This document shows, piece by piece, positions 48,650 to 58,266 of a stretch of DNA of 64,000 nucleotides; positions within the stretch are counted from its first letter, which is position 1, and each line of letters opens with the position of its first letter. Below the pieces are notes generated by a model. That model was not told the origin of the DNA and did not search any database. It saw only the letters and a list, made by a program, of their open reading frames with translations. The stretch is taken from the NCBI GenBank assembly GCA_963787445.1, contig CAWBCT010000005.1, positions 595,143 to 659,142 of the forward strand, given 5' to 3'. This DNA is from an uncultured archaeon (GTDB lineage: Archaea > Micrarchaeota > Micrarchaeia > Micrarchaeales > CABMGC01). The position numbers were made by a program, and so were the translations under genes.

Positions 48650-49180
48650 ATGAAGTTAAGACCGGCACGCACGATGCGCTCCATACGCAGCCAGGCCTGG
48701 AGCCGCTACTCGGTGAAGAAGCCCAAGAAGAACTACGTAAAGGCGCTGCCCCACACCAGCCTGCTTGTTTTCAGAATGGGCGTGGACAAGCCCAACTACG
48801 AGATCAGCATGACGCTTAACGCAAACCAGTACGTGCAGATACGCTCAAACTCCCTCGAGTCAGCGAGGCAGGTGACCAACAAGTACCTCGAGCGCGAAAT
48901 TCCAGGAGAGTACTTCTTCAAGATAATCACCTATCCGCACAACGTCATAAGGGAGAAGAAGCGCGCCACAGGAGCAGGCGCAGACCGTCTTTCACAGGGT
49001 ATGTCCATGTCCTTCGGCAGGCCCATCTCCATAGCAGCGCGGGTGTATGTCGGCAATCCGGTCCTTGAAGTGAGAACCAACATGGCATCGAGAGAGGTGG
49101 CAAAGGCGGCACTGAGAAGGGCTGCGGCAAAGCTCTCGGGCAGCTACTCGATAAAGCTGCAGGAGCTCAAACCCAATTAA
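48650..49180 (+). CDS. rpl10e: 50S ribosomal protein L10e (uL16)
   Basis: QIRSNSLESAR and GAGADRLSQGMSMSFGRP. Confidence 0.95.
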   Translation: MKLRPARTMRSIRSQAWSRYSVKKPKKNYVKALPHTSLLVFRMGVDKPNYEISMTLNANQYVQIRSNSLESARQVTNKYLEREIPGEYFFKIITYPHNVIREKKRATGAGADRLSQGMSMSFGRPISIAARVYVGNPVLEVRTNMASREVAKAALRRAAAKLSGSYSIKLQELKPN

Positions 49181-49206
49181 TTCTTTTTAAGCTTCTCAAC
49201 TTTTTG

Positions 49207-49656
49207 TTAGCCTATCTCTTTAACCAGTTCTTCCACGTTATTTCTTATCTTGATAATTAGCCTGAGGTACGGCGCGTAGTTCGTTGGCGGAAACATAACA
49301 TAAATCTTGTGCGGCATGTTCTCCCACACCCTCCAGAAGACCACCTTCCCGGAACGCCTCAGATAGCCCGGCACAAACTTGTCAATCTCCGACTTCCCCA
49401 GGATAATTATGACCCTGTCGTACTCCTCCAGCATCTTTTCCGTCAGCTGCCTTCTCTTCACCTTCTGTATCTCTGTGTAGCCGTTGCTCAGGAGCAGCTC
49501 TGTTATGACCCTGCCCGCCGGATGGCCCACGGCCTTTTCAGCCGCTACCCGAAGCCCGGCGCTGGATGCCCTGCCCTTTTTTGTCATGGAGTTGAAGAGC
49601 ACCGCCGCAGCCTGGCTCCTCTCCGCGTTACTTTTGCATACGAAAAGCACCCTCAT
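49207..49656 (-). CDS. Low-molecular-weight PTP/ArsC-like protein
   Basis: VLFVCKSNAERSQ (CX5R) and SAG. Confidence 0.75.
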   Translation of the reverse strand: MRVLFVCKSNAERSQAAAVLFNSMTKKGRASSAGLRVAAEKAVGHPAGRVITELLLSNGYTEIQKVKRRQLTEKMLEEYDRVIIILGKSEIDKFVPGYLRRSGKVVFWRVWENMPHKIYVMFPPTNYAPYLRLIIKIRNNVEELVKEIG

Positions 49657-49681
49657 AATATTACCTTGTTTAGACCCGGAT

Positions 49682-50281
49682 TTAGCCCGGGCTGCCGGCT
49701 ACCTTTCCCACCATCGCGTAGTAGGTCGTGCTGTTCCCGGAGAGCTGGTAGATGCCCCAGATCTCGCCGTAGGGCTGCGCACCAAGCTGCTGCCTCCCTG
49801 TGTACAGCACCATGTGGGCGACCACGCCCGGCCCAAGGCCCGAGATCTGCGTCCCGTTGTAGCTGTACCCCAGGTAATTAGAAAGCCTTGGTATCTCCGT
49901 GTAGTTCAGGAAGAAGAGCCTCGCCGTCTGCCAGGTCGCACCGGTGCTCTGGCTGAAGTTGAACGTGAATATGCCCTGCTGCGGGTAAAACTCCGGCGCT
50001 GTGCAGGTGTAGGAGGTCCCGGCCTCGCATCCGATGGAGCTGTTGCTTGGGACATTGGCCGCATAGCTCTGGTTATAGAACCTGGCGATCGTTCCGACAG
50101 CGCCGCCGGATAGCCCGTTCGCCGCGCTTATGACCTCCCCGGCGCTGCTCACTACTGTATTTGCTATCTGCGGCCTGTTGTACAGCGCCTTCCCGGTCTC
50201 AAAGAAGTAGATCCATGAGCATAGGCTCGCAACAATCACCAGCAGTATGATGTACACGGCTATTGCCTTCTTGTTTACCAC
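49682..50281 (-). CDS. Membrane-anchored pilin-domain paralog (no class III signal)
   Basis: C-terminal half resembles the adjacent pilins (C...YTC..P, QSTGATW, GEIW..Y). Confidence 0.6.
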   Translation of the reverse strand: MVNKKAIAVYIILLVIVASLCSWIYFFETGKALYNRPQIANTVVSSAGEVISAANGLSGGAVGTIARFYNQSYAANVPSNSSIGCEAGTSYTCTAPEFYPQQGIFTFNFSQSTGATWQTARLFFLNYTEIPRLSNYLGYSYNGTQISGLGPGVVAHMVLYTGRQQLGAQPYGEIWGIYQLSGNSTTYYAMVGKVAGSPG

Positions 50282-50299
50282 GTTACCACTAGACTATGA

Positions 50300-50336
50300 A
50301 TAAATAAAAAGAAAAAGAGCATGGGCCAATGCCCAT
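50300..50336 (-). terminator. Hairpin plus U-tract after pilin gene
   Basis: ATGGGC-ATTG-GCCCAT followed by a T-rich run on the minus strand. Confidence 0.6.
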
Positions 50337-50341
50337 CCCGA

Positions 50342-50860
50342 TCATACTGCCTTTGCAGTCAGCGCTCCGATCTCAGAATAGTAGATCGTGCCGCCAATCT
50401 TGTAGCTTGCCCAGATCTGGCCCGCTATGGATGTGCCAATCGGCGTCGCTGCGACGGTGTTGCCCGAAACCGGCAGGTATACCGTAGTCGCAACTCCTGA
50501 GTTCAGAGTTCCGATAGCGTTCATCGATGCGGAGTTGGATGTAAATGCCCCTGTGCTCTGGAAGGTAGCAAGGTTGGTCGCATTCAGGAATATTACACAA
50601 GCCGTCGCCCAGTTCGTCCCTGTATTCTGTCCCACTATTGCTATTATGTTTCCACCATACGCCGCGCCTCCGTGCGCGTATATCGGTTGCTGGCAGGTGA
50701 AACCGGACTGTGCTATGCATGCCGTAGGCAATGCGCCGCTGAACACTCCAAGGGAGAACAGCGCTGCAAGAACTATTGCGATGATGAGTATGGCCCAGCC
50801 ATAGGTCATCAGGTATTCCATCGCGCTTTGGCCTTTAAATGTCGCCCGTATATTCTTCAT
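50342..50860 (-). CDS. Type IV pilin-like protein (class III signal peptide)
   Basis: KGQSAMEYLMTYGWAILIIAIVL. Confidence 0.85.
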   Translation of the reverse strand: MKNIRATFKGQSAMEYLMTYGWAILIIAIVLAALFSLGVFSGALPTACIAQSGFTCQQPIYAHGGAAYGGNIIAIVGQNTGTNWATACVIFLNATNLATFQSTGAFTSNSASMNAIGTLNSGVATTVYLPVSGNTVAATPIGTSIAGQIWASYKIGGTIYYSEIGALTAKAV

Positions 50861-51509
50861 TGAATCACTTAATGTCTGAATTAACCATAACATAAAATCT
50901 ATTTAAGTCTTTGCATAGGCTACAAGGTGTAAAATTAGATGCCCCATCGGTAAGGCCATCAAATAAAAAAAGAAAATGGGCCGAAGCCCACTCCAATTAT
51001 ACTGCCTTTGCAGTCAGCGCTGCAAGCTCGGCATAGTAGGTCGAGCCGCCTATAACGTAACGCGCCCAAATCTGTCCTGATATGGAGGTTCCAATCGGCG
51101 TCGCTGCGATTGAGTTGCCCGAGACCGGTATGTACACTGTTGTTGCCACTCCTGAATTCATAACCCCAAGGGAATTTGTTGGAGGGGGAAGAATGTTTCC
51201 TGTGAACAGGAAGTTACCCGAATTCTGGAAGTTGGCAAGGTTGGTTGAGTTTAGGAAGATGATGTTAGCCTGACCCCAGTTCGTCCCCGTGTTCTGCCCA
51301 ACTATCGCTATTATGTTGCCACCCGGGAACACTCCGGTTCCGTGCGAGTACACTACCTGCTGGCACGTAAATCCGGATTGTGCTATGCATGCCGTAGGCA
51401 ATGTGCCGCTGAACACTCCAAGGGAGAACAGCGCTGCAAGAACTATTGCGATGATGAGTATGGCCCAGCCATAGGTCATTAGGTATTCCATCGCGCTTTG
51501 GCCTTTAAA
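50709..51509. repeat. Direct repeat of about 130 bp (50709-50839 and 51379-51509)
   Basis: Near-identical DNA encoding the two pilin N-termini; 2 mismatches seen. Confidence 0.8.
50961..50990 (-). terminator. UUCG hairpin plus U-tract after pilin gene
   Basis: TGGGC-TTCG-GCCCA-TTTTCTTTTTTT on the minus strand. Confidence 0.65.
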
Positions 51510-51527
51510 CGTTCTTGTGGTTTTCAT
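50997..51527 (-). CDS. Type IV pilin-like protein (class III signal peptide)
   Basis: Identical KGQSAMEYLMTYGW N-terminus; paralog of the neighbouring pilin. Confidence 0.85.
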   Translation of the reverse strand: MKTTRTFKGQSAMEYLMTYGWAILIIAIVLAALFSLGVFSGTLPTACIAQSGFTCQQVVYSHGTGVFPGGNIIAIVGQNTGTNWGQANIIFLNSTNLANFQNSGNFLFTGNILPPPTNSLGVMNSGVATTVYIPVSGNSIAATPIGTSISGQIWARYVIGGSTYYAELAALTAKAV

Positions 51528-51762
51528 TTTTAACACCATAATTATTCTTATAATCATATGACATATATTTAAATATTCACCTAACTTCCTATCAAAACCG
51601 AATAGAAGAGTTTTTCTTATTTTTAGCTTCCCGATGGGTGTTTATCATGTCCACTAATACGAAACGTTTAAATACCTTTTTATTTTATACTTGATTCAAT
51701 CGTGATTGTTTCATGAATCAGACATGCAGAAATCATGAACCCTTCGCGAACAATCCAGGGAG

Positions 51763-52266
51763 TTGCAAATGACCAAGACCATCGAACAAATGGAGAAAGA
51801 GATTCTTCAGCTAAAAGATGAGCTGGGCGTCCTCTCTTCAAGGAAGCAGACGCAGGTTCCCGATGAGGCAGATCTGACAATCATCCTAAAATACATGATA
51901 GAGGAAAGGGAGAGGACCAACAAGATCCTGGGCGGGATAGCGGCGAAGATAAACGCGCTCGAGCAGGAGCTCGCCGAGCCGTACGTAGAAGAGCCAGTCA
52001 CCTACTCTGATCCAGTTGCGAACCGCGAGCTTCCGATCTCGCAGCTTGACGCGGATATACTTAGCTTCATTCAGTCGAAGGAGATGGTGTGCGCAGACCA
52101 GGTAAAGGCAGTCATGGGATACAAGGGCAGAAACGCAGCATGCACACGACTCAGCAAGCTATACAAGCAGGGCCTCCTGGAGAGGTTTCAGCTCGGTCAC
52201 AAGGTTTATTACAAATTTGATGCTGGCAAGGCGACCAATATACTCATTATATCACCTCCACAGTAG
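51763..52266 (+). CDS. Coiled-coil plus winged-helix protein
   Basis: N-terminal heptads; C-terminal wHTH (RNAACTRLSKLYKQGLLER...KVYY). Confidence 0.65.
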   Translation: MQMTKTIEQMEKEILQLKDELGVLSSRKQTQVPDEADLTIILKYMIEERERTNKILGGIAAKINALEQELAEPYVEEPVTYSDPVANRELPISQLDADILSFIQSKEMVCADQVKAVMGYKGRNAACTRLSKLYKQGLLERFQLGHKVYYKFDAGKATNILIISPPQ

Positions 52267-52272
52267 ATGAGC

Positions 52273-52310
52273 GGGCCCGCCCTCACCAGCGGGCCTGTCT
52301 TTTCCTTTCC
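52273..52310 (+). terminator. GC hairpin plus U-rich tract
   Basis: GGGCCCGC...GCGGGCCT then TCTTTTCCTTT right after the stop codon. Confidence 0.5.
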
Positions 52311-52444
52311 TTGCCCTTTTGAATGCCCTAGCCAAGCCTGACTAGGGTTTAAATATTTTTGTATGACATCTATACCTGTCTTGTGCTGATAATAAGCAAC
52401 CCTAGGGTAGCTTTTCAGTCGGCCTGAAATAAAGCGGTGCAATT

Positions 52445-52849
52445 ATGCCTGACGATTTGACCTACGGCTCAATGAAGGACGTGAAGGAGGGGCGGTTCAT
52501 ACTCATCGATGGAGTGCCTTGCAGAGTGGTGCAAGTCGAAACATCTGCTCCCGGAAAGCATGGAGCGGCGAAGATGCGCGTCACGGCGGTGGGCGTCTTT
52601 GACGGAAACAAGCGAGCCTTCGTAAAGCCAAGCTCGGGCGATATAGAGGTCCCCATCATAATCAAGAAGAAGGCGCAGGTGGTTTCGATATCGGGAGAGA
52701 CGGTCCAGCTGATGAACCTGGAGACCTACGAGACCTACGAGGTTCCCATCCCGGCAGAGCTCAAGGCGACGATTAAGCCGGGAGCAGAAGTGGAGATAAT
52801 AGAGTATGGCGAGAACAGGGCGATCTCGAGAGTTACTGGTGCGGTTTAA
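52445..52849 (+). CDS. eif5a: Translation factor aIF5A
   Basis: PGKHGAAK hypusination loop. Confidence 0.95.
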   Translation: MPDDLTYGSMKDVKEGRFILIDGVPCRVVQVETSAPGKHGAAKMRVTAVGVFDGNKRAFVKPSSGDIEVPIIIKKKAQVVSISGETVQLMNLETYETYEVPIPAELKATIKPGAEVEIIEYGENRAISRVTGAV

Positions 52850-53196
52850 TGGAAACAATCAACATACAGGTAGTGGCGGACAAGGAGAACAAGCTAGTGC
52901 AGAGGCGAGAGATAAGCGCGACGGCGCAGTACCAAGGAAAGACCCCCTCAAGAGACGAGGTCAAGCAGCAGATCTGCAAGCAGCTCAACCTCCCTCCCGA
53001 ATCCTCGGCGGTGGTCGCAATCAACCAGATCTACGGGACCATGTCCAGCACAATAGTGCTTCACAGTTACAAGAGCAAGGAAGCGATGGAAGCGACCGAG
53101 CCGCAGCCGAAAGCGAAGGCCGCGAAGCCCGGAGCTCCGGCAGAAGCACCAGCGGCTGCCCCGGCGGCGCCTGCAAAGGCTGCTGAGAAGAAGTGA
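52849..53196 (+). CDS. rps24e: 30S ribosomal protein S24e
   Basis: ENKLVQRREI...KTPSR; Ala/Pro/Lys tail. Confidence 0.88.
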   Translation: METINIQVVADKENKLVQRREISATAQYQGKTPSRDEVKQQICKQLNLPPESSAVVAINQIYGTMSSTIVLHSYKSKEAMEATEPQPKAKAAKPGAPAEAPAAAPAAPAKAAEKK

Positions 53197-53216
53197 TATT
53201 AAAATAACGTGTTTAC

Positions 53217-53363
53217 ATGGCTGACGAAAAGAAGGCGAAGAAGAAAGTTGCTGCATACAAGCCGGCTGAGAAGTTCTGCCCCAAGTGCGGGGTTCGAATG
53301 GCGAACCACAAGGACCGCTTCTCCTGCGGCAAGTGCAGCTTCACCGAGATGAAGAAGAAATAG
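53217..53363 (+). CDS. rps27ae: 30S ribosomal protein S27ae
   Basis: Own translation ...[25 protein letters not shown]; follows rps24e. Confidence 0.9.
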   Translation: MADEKKAKKKVAAYKPAEKFCPKCGVRMANHKDRFSCGKCSFTEMKKK

Positions 53364-54115
53364 TTGATTGGATAGCGCGCAGCAAGCCCCGGAAAGCAAA
53401 AAGAACAAAGAGGCCTACTCCTGCAAAGCGCGCTGACAAGAATTTGTACAATCCCCTACAGTTTACGCCGCAAAATGCCGCGAACAGCCTTGTGTTCCTC
53501 TTCATCATCGGGATGCTCCTGGTGGCGTTCTCAATCATCGCGGGAGAGCTTTACTACTACGGGTTGACGGCAAACGCGCTTGCGATCAGCAGCGCGGCCA
53601 CCGAGCTCGCGATGCTCCTCTCGGTGATAATCTACCTGCGCACCTGGAAGAAGCAGAGCTGGCAGCAGCTGAAGTCGACCCTTGGCATCAGCCGAAAGCA
53701 GTTCTCTGCGGGGAAGGTCGGCCTCGGGATCGCGCTCTTCCTGGTCATACTCGTGCTAACGGTACTAATCAACGTCCTAGGTTACGTGACAAACACAAAC
53801 ATTAGCACCGGCACAGCGCTGCTTCTGGCCCAGGAGCCCGTCTGGTTTTACGCGTTCACCGTCTTGATCTCGCCGATCTGCGAGGAGGTGCTCTTCAGGG
53901 CCTTTGCAGTACCCAGGCTCGGCGTAATAGTCAGCGCGGTGATCTTCGGGCTTCTGCATGCAAGCTACGACTCAACCTTCGGGGTGGAGATCTTTGCCGC
54001 GTTCGTCTTCGCAATCCTGGCGGGTGAGATCTTCAAGAGAACCAAATCCCTGTACCCCTCGATAATCGCGCACATGCTGGTGAATGCGCTCGCTGTTGCG
54101 GCGTTCCTGATTTAA
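53364..54115 (+). CDS. CPBP/CAAX intramembrane metalloprotease
   Basis: EEVLFR, FGLLH and AHMLVN; start uncertain, placed after rps27ae. Confidence 0.85.
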
Positions 54116-54177
54116 AGTTACTAAAATGATACCTCCATGACAAGCAGGTTTAATAATCCTCTGACCAAGTTCTTAAC

Positions 54178-54432
54178 ATGGACGAAGCAAAGAAGATGTA
54201 CGGAGAGATGATGTGGCGCGTAATTCTCACGCTCATCGTCATTGCCGTGGTACTTATCGGTTCTCTGCTGTACGTTGGCTTCTACGCGACAGGTCTGGGC
54301 ATCATCCAAAAGATTGTGGTGGTGCTCATCGCCCTTATAATAATTGGAGTGGTAGTAAGCATAATCTGGATGGCGGGATGGTCAAGATACATGGACAAGA
54401 AGACCTGGGCAAAATTCAAGAGCCCGAAGTGA
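54178..54432 (+). CDS. Small two-TM membrane protein
   Basis: Two hydrophobic helices. Confidence 0.6.
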   Translation: MDEAKKMYGEMMWRVILTLIVIAVVLIGSLLYVGFYATGLGIIQKIVVVLIALIIIGVVVSIIWMAGWSRYMDKKTWAKFKSPK

Positions 54433-54668
54433 GCAACCGCAAACTCGGATCTTCTGCAGCCTCGCAAAAAAACAGAGCCGAGCTGATACTAGGACGGATA
54501 GACCGGATATCCATCTGGTCCCTCCCGGCCTCGTTTCTTGCGGTCATCGGTCTGGGCCACTTCTTTACATTCTTTGACATAACGAACATAGGCTTCGCGA
54601 TGCCTGCGATAGCAAGCCAGTTCATGCTGAGCGGCTCCGAAACTCTCTTCCTCGCGCCTTTCCCTTGA
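54429..54668 (+). pseudogene. N-terminal fragment of an MFS transporter
   Basis: RIDRI.....LAVIGLGHFFTFFDITNIGFAMPAI is a typical MFS TM1; stops after about 79 aa. Confidence 0.6.
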
Positions 54669-54690
54669 GCAGGTAGCAAAATAAACCGAT

Positions 54691-54765
54691 TGCTCCGACC
54701 GGGATTTGAACCCGGGTTTGAGCCTTGAGAGGGCTCCGTCCTTGACCGAACTAGACGATCGGGGC
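54691..54765 (-). tRNA. tRNA-Glu(CTC)
   Basis: GAGCC-CTCTCAA-GGCTC anticodon arm and GGTTCAAATCC T arm. Confidence 0.9.
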
Positions 54766-54782
54766 ACGAAAGTTTATTATCC

Positions 54783-56045
54783 TTGTTTTGCAACTTATTT
54801 ATATCTTCCAGTGGTGATTTCCTGTTATCAGATAAGTACGCCCCAACAACGCTAGGCTCAATAATAGGCAACTACGCCTCTGTCAAGCGCCTTATCGAGT
54901 TCTCTGCTGCGGTGCACGCCGGCGTGCGGCCCAAGCCGATAATGATCTTCGGCCCCACAGGCACTGGCAAAACCTCTGCAGTTCACGCGCTAGCGGGAAG
55001 CAACGGTTTTGAGCTTCTTGAACTGAACTCCAGCGACTACCGCGATGTGGACAAGCTCCGCAGGCTGTTGCTGCCAGCAAGCAGGAGCCGCGGCCTGTTC
55101 AACAAGAACATAGTGATATTCATGGACGAGATCGACGAGCTCTCCAAGAAGTTCGACCACGGCGCAGAGGCGGTGATCAAGGAGCTGATCGAGACCTCCA
55201 AGCAGCCGGTAATCTTCACCGCCACAGACTACTGGGACCAGAAGATAAGCTTCCTCCGCAACCTGATCGACAAGGTCGAGTTCAAGAAGGTGAACCAGGC
55301 CGACATAATAAAGCTGCTTGAGAAGATTGCAAAGCAGGAGAACCAGCCGGTTGAGGCTGGAGTGATTGCGGAGATCGCCAAGCGCAGCGACGGGGATGTT
55401 CGCGGCGCAATAAACGACCTCGAGATAATGCTAGGTGCAAAGCCTGAGCTGCTCGAGAATCTGGGCTGGCGCGACCGCAAGCTGGAAGTCTTCGGGGTGC
55501 TTGACAAGATCTTCATGAGCCAAAGCTTTGATGTCTCCCGTGCCGCAGTGGCAAAGAGCGACATTGATCTTGGCATGCTGATAAACTGGGTCGATGAGAA
55601 CATACCCAACCGGTACCCCCTGCCCGAGGAGATAAGCGAGGCCTATTCAAGCCTCGCCTCCGCCAGCAAGTTCTACGAGAAGGCGGGACGTACGAGCTAC
55701 TACGGCTACTACCGGTATGTGAATGTACTGATCTCTTCGGGAGTCTCGCTCGCCAATAACGGAAGAACCACGATGCTCCGGCCCTACATGTTCCCTTCCA
55801 AGATACGGCACCTTAGCGCAACGAAGGGCGAGAGGGGCGCGCTCAACGCAGCCGCAGAGCGGTTGTCCCTTGTGCTCCACACCAACAAGAAGTACATAAT
55901 AAGGACGTACCTCCCGATGGTCAAGAAGGCGATCGAGGGCTCGATAAAGCGCCTCGGCGTGGACGCCACCCTGGACACCATGGCGAACTCGTTCAACCTT
56001 TATCCTGATGATGTCGAAGCGATACTTGGAAGGAAATTATCCTAA
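54783..56045 (+). CDS. rfcL: Replication factor C large subunit
   Basis: DKYAP, GPTGTGKT, ELNSSD, DEID, GDVRGAINDL and WVDEN; true start slightly downstream. Confidence 0.9.
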   Translation: MFCNLFISSSGDFLLSDKYAPTTLGSIIGNYASVKRLIEFSAAVHAGVRPKPIMIFGPTGTGKTSAVHALAGSNGFELLELNSSDYRDVDKLRRLLLPASRSRGLFNKNIVIFMDEIDELSKKFDHGAEAVIKELIETSKQPVIFTATDYWDQKISFLRNLIDKVEFKKVNQADIIKLLEKIAKQENQPVEAGVIAEIAKRSDGDVRGAINDLEIMLGAKPELLENLGWRDRKLEVFGVLDKIFMSQSFDVSRAAVAKSDIDLGMLINWVDENIPNRYPLPEEISEAYSSLASASKFYEKAGRTSYYGYYRYVNVLISSGVSLANNGRTTMLRPYMFPSKIRHLSATKGERGALNAAAERLSLVLHTNKKYIIRTYLPMVKKAIEGSIKRLGVDATLDTMANSFNLYPDDVEAILGRKLS

Positions 56046-56611
56046 TCGTTATTTGCGTACGGATCTCCGGGCAAACCCTCTATAGATTTGAATCTTGCCT
56101 TTACCGTTACGAAGTTTACCCAATCTTCACCCGGATATTGTGTTACTTGGAAATGAAGATGCGGAACTTCACTAAATCCAGTGTTTCCACTCAACGCAAT
56201 CACTTGACCTACCTTAACCTTCTCACCAATTTTAACAAACACTTTGCCGCATTGCAAGTGCTCATACCACGTGTACTCACCGAACTGTGAATGATGAAGC
56301 TCTATGTAGTTGCCCTTATCCCAATCTTTGAGTTCCATTCCTGTAGTGTTAGATGATTGTTTCAACTCAACCACCACGCCATCCGCGGCTGCCATTACGG
56401 CTGTCCCTTCCGGTACAAAGAAATCTATGGAGTTCGAGAGCTGACCTTGATGTGTTGGAGAGATGTATTTTGAGCCTACTTCCGTGACCTCAAAAGGTTT
56501 TAATGGAAGGGCGTAGACGCCTTTTGAATGCTCTGTGGAAGAGTGTGGTCGTATTAGGCCCGATGCGACAAGAACAGGAGCCGTGTCCATAAATTTCTTT
56601 GAAAACGGCAT
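56042..56611 (-). CDS. M23-family metallopeptidase
   Basis: H...SIDF..PEGTAVMAAADG, GNYI, YEHL and SGNTGFS..PHLHF. Confidence 0.85.
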   Translation of the reverse strand: MPFSKKFMDTAPVLVASGLIRPHSSTEHSKGVYALPLKPFEVTEVGSKYISPTHQGQLSNSIDFFVPEGTAVMAAADGVVVELKQSSNTTGMELKDWDKGNYIELHHSQFGEYTWYEHLQCGKVFVKIGEKVKVGQVIALSGNTGFSEVPHLHFQVTQYPGEDWVNFVTVKARFKSIEGLPGDPYANND

Positions 56612-56627
56612 GTTACCTCCTGATGAC

Positions 56628-58262
56628 TTAAAAAGTGCTTAGCTCAATCTCAAGCGCGACCGCAGGCTCCTCGATCCCAAAATTGGCAAGGACCTCCGGG
56701 TGCAGTTCGCCGAACCTCCCTATCTCCAGACTCCCTACTTTTATTATCGCGCACCTGCCCGGGACAAAGCTCGGATTGTCGCCCTTCGAAACCGAAAGCT
56801 CAAGACTCAGCGCGTCAAAGGTTGATTCCACTACGCCCTTGATGTAGTTGAAGTTCGATCTCGGATCAACGGAGATTGCCGCAAGGTTGTAGGTTTCAAC
56901 CGGCTTCTCCTTCATCCTGAACGCCATGTCCAGCTCAAAGATCCGGTGGGGCATCTTCTCGTGCTTGGAGGCCCTGAGCGAGATGAGAATCGAAGGAAGC
57001 AGGGAGGTCCTGAGCATGCTTATCGAGCTCGTCTTCGCGTCCTTTATCGAGATGTAACTCTTTTCAGCAGGCACCTTAAGCCTCATCATCCCAAAATTAT
57101 CTTCCTCGTTTGTCAGGTAGGAGCCCATGGACTCGCTGAAGCCCAGTCCGACCATAGCCTCGGAGAGCCTCTCGAACAGCACCGTTGTCTGCTCAACGCT
57201 GCCGGCGCCTATGGACGGGACGATGATCGGATTTATGAAATCGTAGCCGTAGCCTATCGCGATGTCCTCCACCACGTCCTGGTCGTTTATTATGTCCAGC
57301 CTGTACTGCGGAATAGAGAAGCGGATCTTCTTGCCCAGCAATGCAGCCTCATAGCCCATCTTATTCGCCAGCGAGATCACGTTGTTGTAGCCGATCTCAA
57401 CCCCGATCTCTTTCTCAAGCTGCTTGTAGTTGAGTTGTAGGGACCTGGCCGCCATGATCGGGTAGGCCGTGCTCTCATCCCCTTTATTCACCTTGACTCT
57501 TGACACCTTTGCCCCCATGTCGAGCATCGTGCAGGCAAGCAGGTCGGCAACCTTCTCCACCAGGTGCTCCGACCTTCCCGTAACGTCTATCAGGATCTTC
57601 TTTGTTTTCGTAGTCACCTTGGTCCTTTCCGAGTTGATTATTGGGATAAGCGCGATCGTCCCCTCCCTGTCCTTCAGTACCGGATACCTGTCCGTTGATC
57701 TGATTGTTTCCGCGTACCTGATCCCCTTCTCATGGCTCTTTAACACCTCGCTATACCTGGTCTGCTTCGTCATCTGCAGCGGCACAAAGGACTCATCCTC
57801 GACCAACACGTAGGTGAGCGGAGGTGAGACCCGGCTCATATCGTGCACCCCAACCGCCAGCTTCTTTCTGTTCCTCCCGAAGGTGTCGCAAAGCTTGTCC
57901 GAGAAGTTGAACAGGTCCTTAAGTGATTCATCGCTGAACGTGAGCCCGTCTGCGACCAGGGCCGCAAGGAACGGCCTCTCCCTTTTTATGCTAGGGTCAA
58001 TGGTTATCTCGAGCTGCGGCTCACCCGTCAGCTCGTAGGTGAACTTCTTGCTCTTGTGCGAGAAGTTCCTGAGCGCGCGGGCCATGCCCACTGCTCCAAG
58101 AAGGTCGGGCCTGTTTGCGGTTATCTCCACTTTCAGCTCCTCAGCGGTTATCTCCTCCACCTCGAAGCCCAGCTTGTAGATCTCCTCCGCGACCTTCTCT
58201 ATGCCCAGCTCTCCGCCTACCAAAGAGAGCAAATACTTGATATTGAACGTCGCCATCGGCAT
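56628..58262 (-). CDS. pheT: Phenylalanyl-tRNA synthetase beta subunit
   Basis: NRPDLL, R.DI...DVVEDIAIGYGY, LRTSLLP and GELHPEVL. Confidence 0.93.
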   Translation of the reverse strand: MPMATFNIKYLLSLVGGELGIEKVAEEIYKLGFEVEEITAEELKVEITANRPDLLGAVGMARALRNFSHKSKKFTYELTGEPQLEITIDPSIKRERPFLAALVADGLTFSDESLKDLFNFSDKLCDTFGRNRKKLAVGVHDMSRVSPPLTYVLVEDESFVPLQMTKQTRYSEVLKSHEKGIRYAETIRSTDRYPVLKDREGTIALIPIINSERTKVTTKTKKILIDVTGRSEHLVEKVADLLACTMLDMGAKVSRVKVNKGDESTAYPIMAARSLQLNYKQLEKEIGVEIGYNNVISLANKMGYEAALLGKKIRFSIPQYRLDIINDQDVVEDIAIGYGYDFINPIIVPSIGAGSVEQTTVLFERLSEAMVGLGFSESMGSYLTNEEDNFGMMRLKVPAEKSYISIKDAKTSSISMLRTSLLPSILISLRASKHEKMPHRIFELDMAFRMKEKPVETYNLAAISVDPRSNFNYIKGVVESTFDALSLELSVSKGDNPSFVPGRCAIIKVGSLEIGRFGELHPEVLANFGIEEPAVALEIELSTF

Positions 58263-58266
58263 CTTA

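Noticed and set aside
53285-53363. ORF-track N-terminus of the CAAX protease
   Set aside because: It overlaps rps27ae in another frame; the true start is downstream
54213-54428. N-terminal part of the 151-aa ORF 54213-54668
   Set aside because: It overlaps the two-TM gene out of frame; only the part from GTG 54429 looks like a protein
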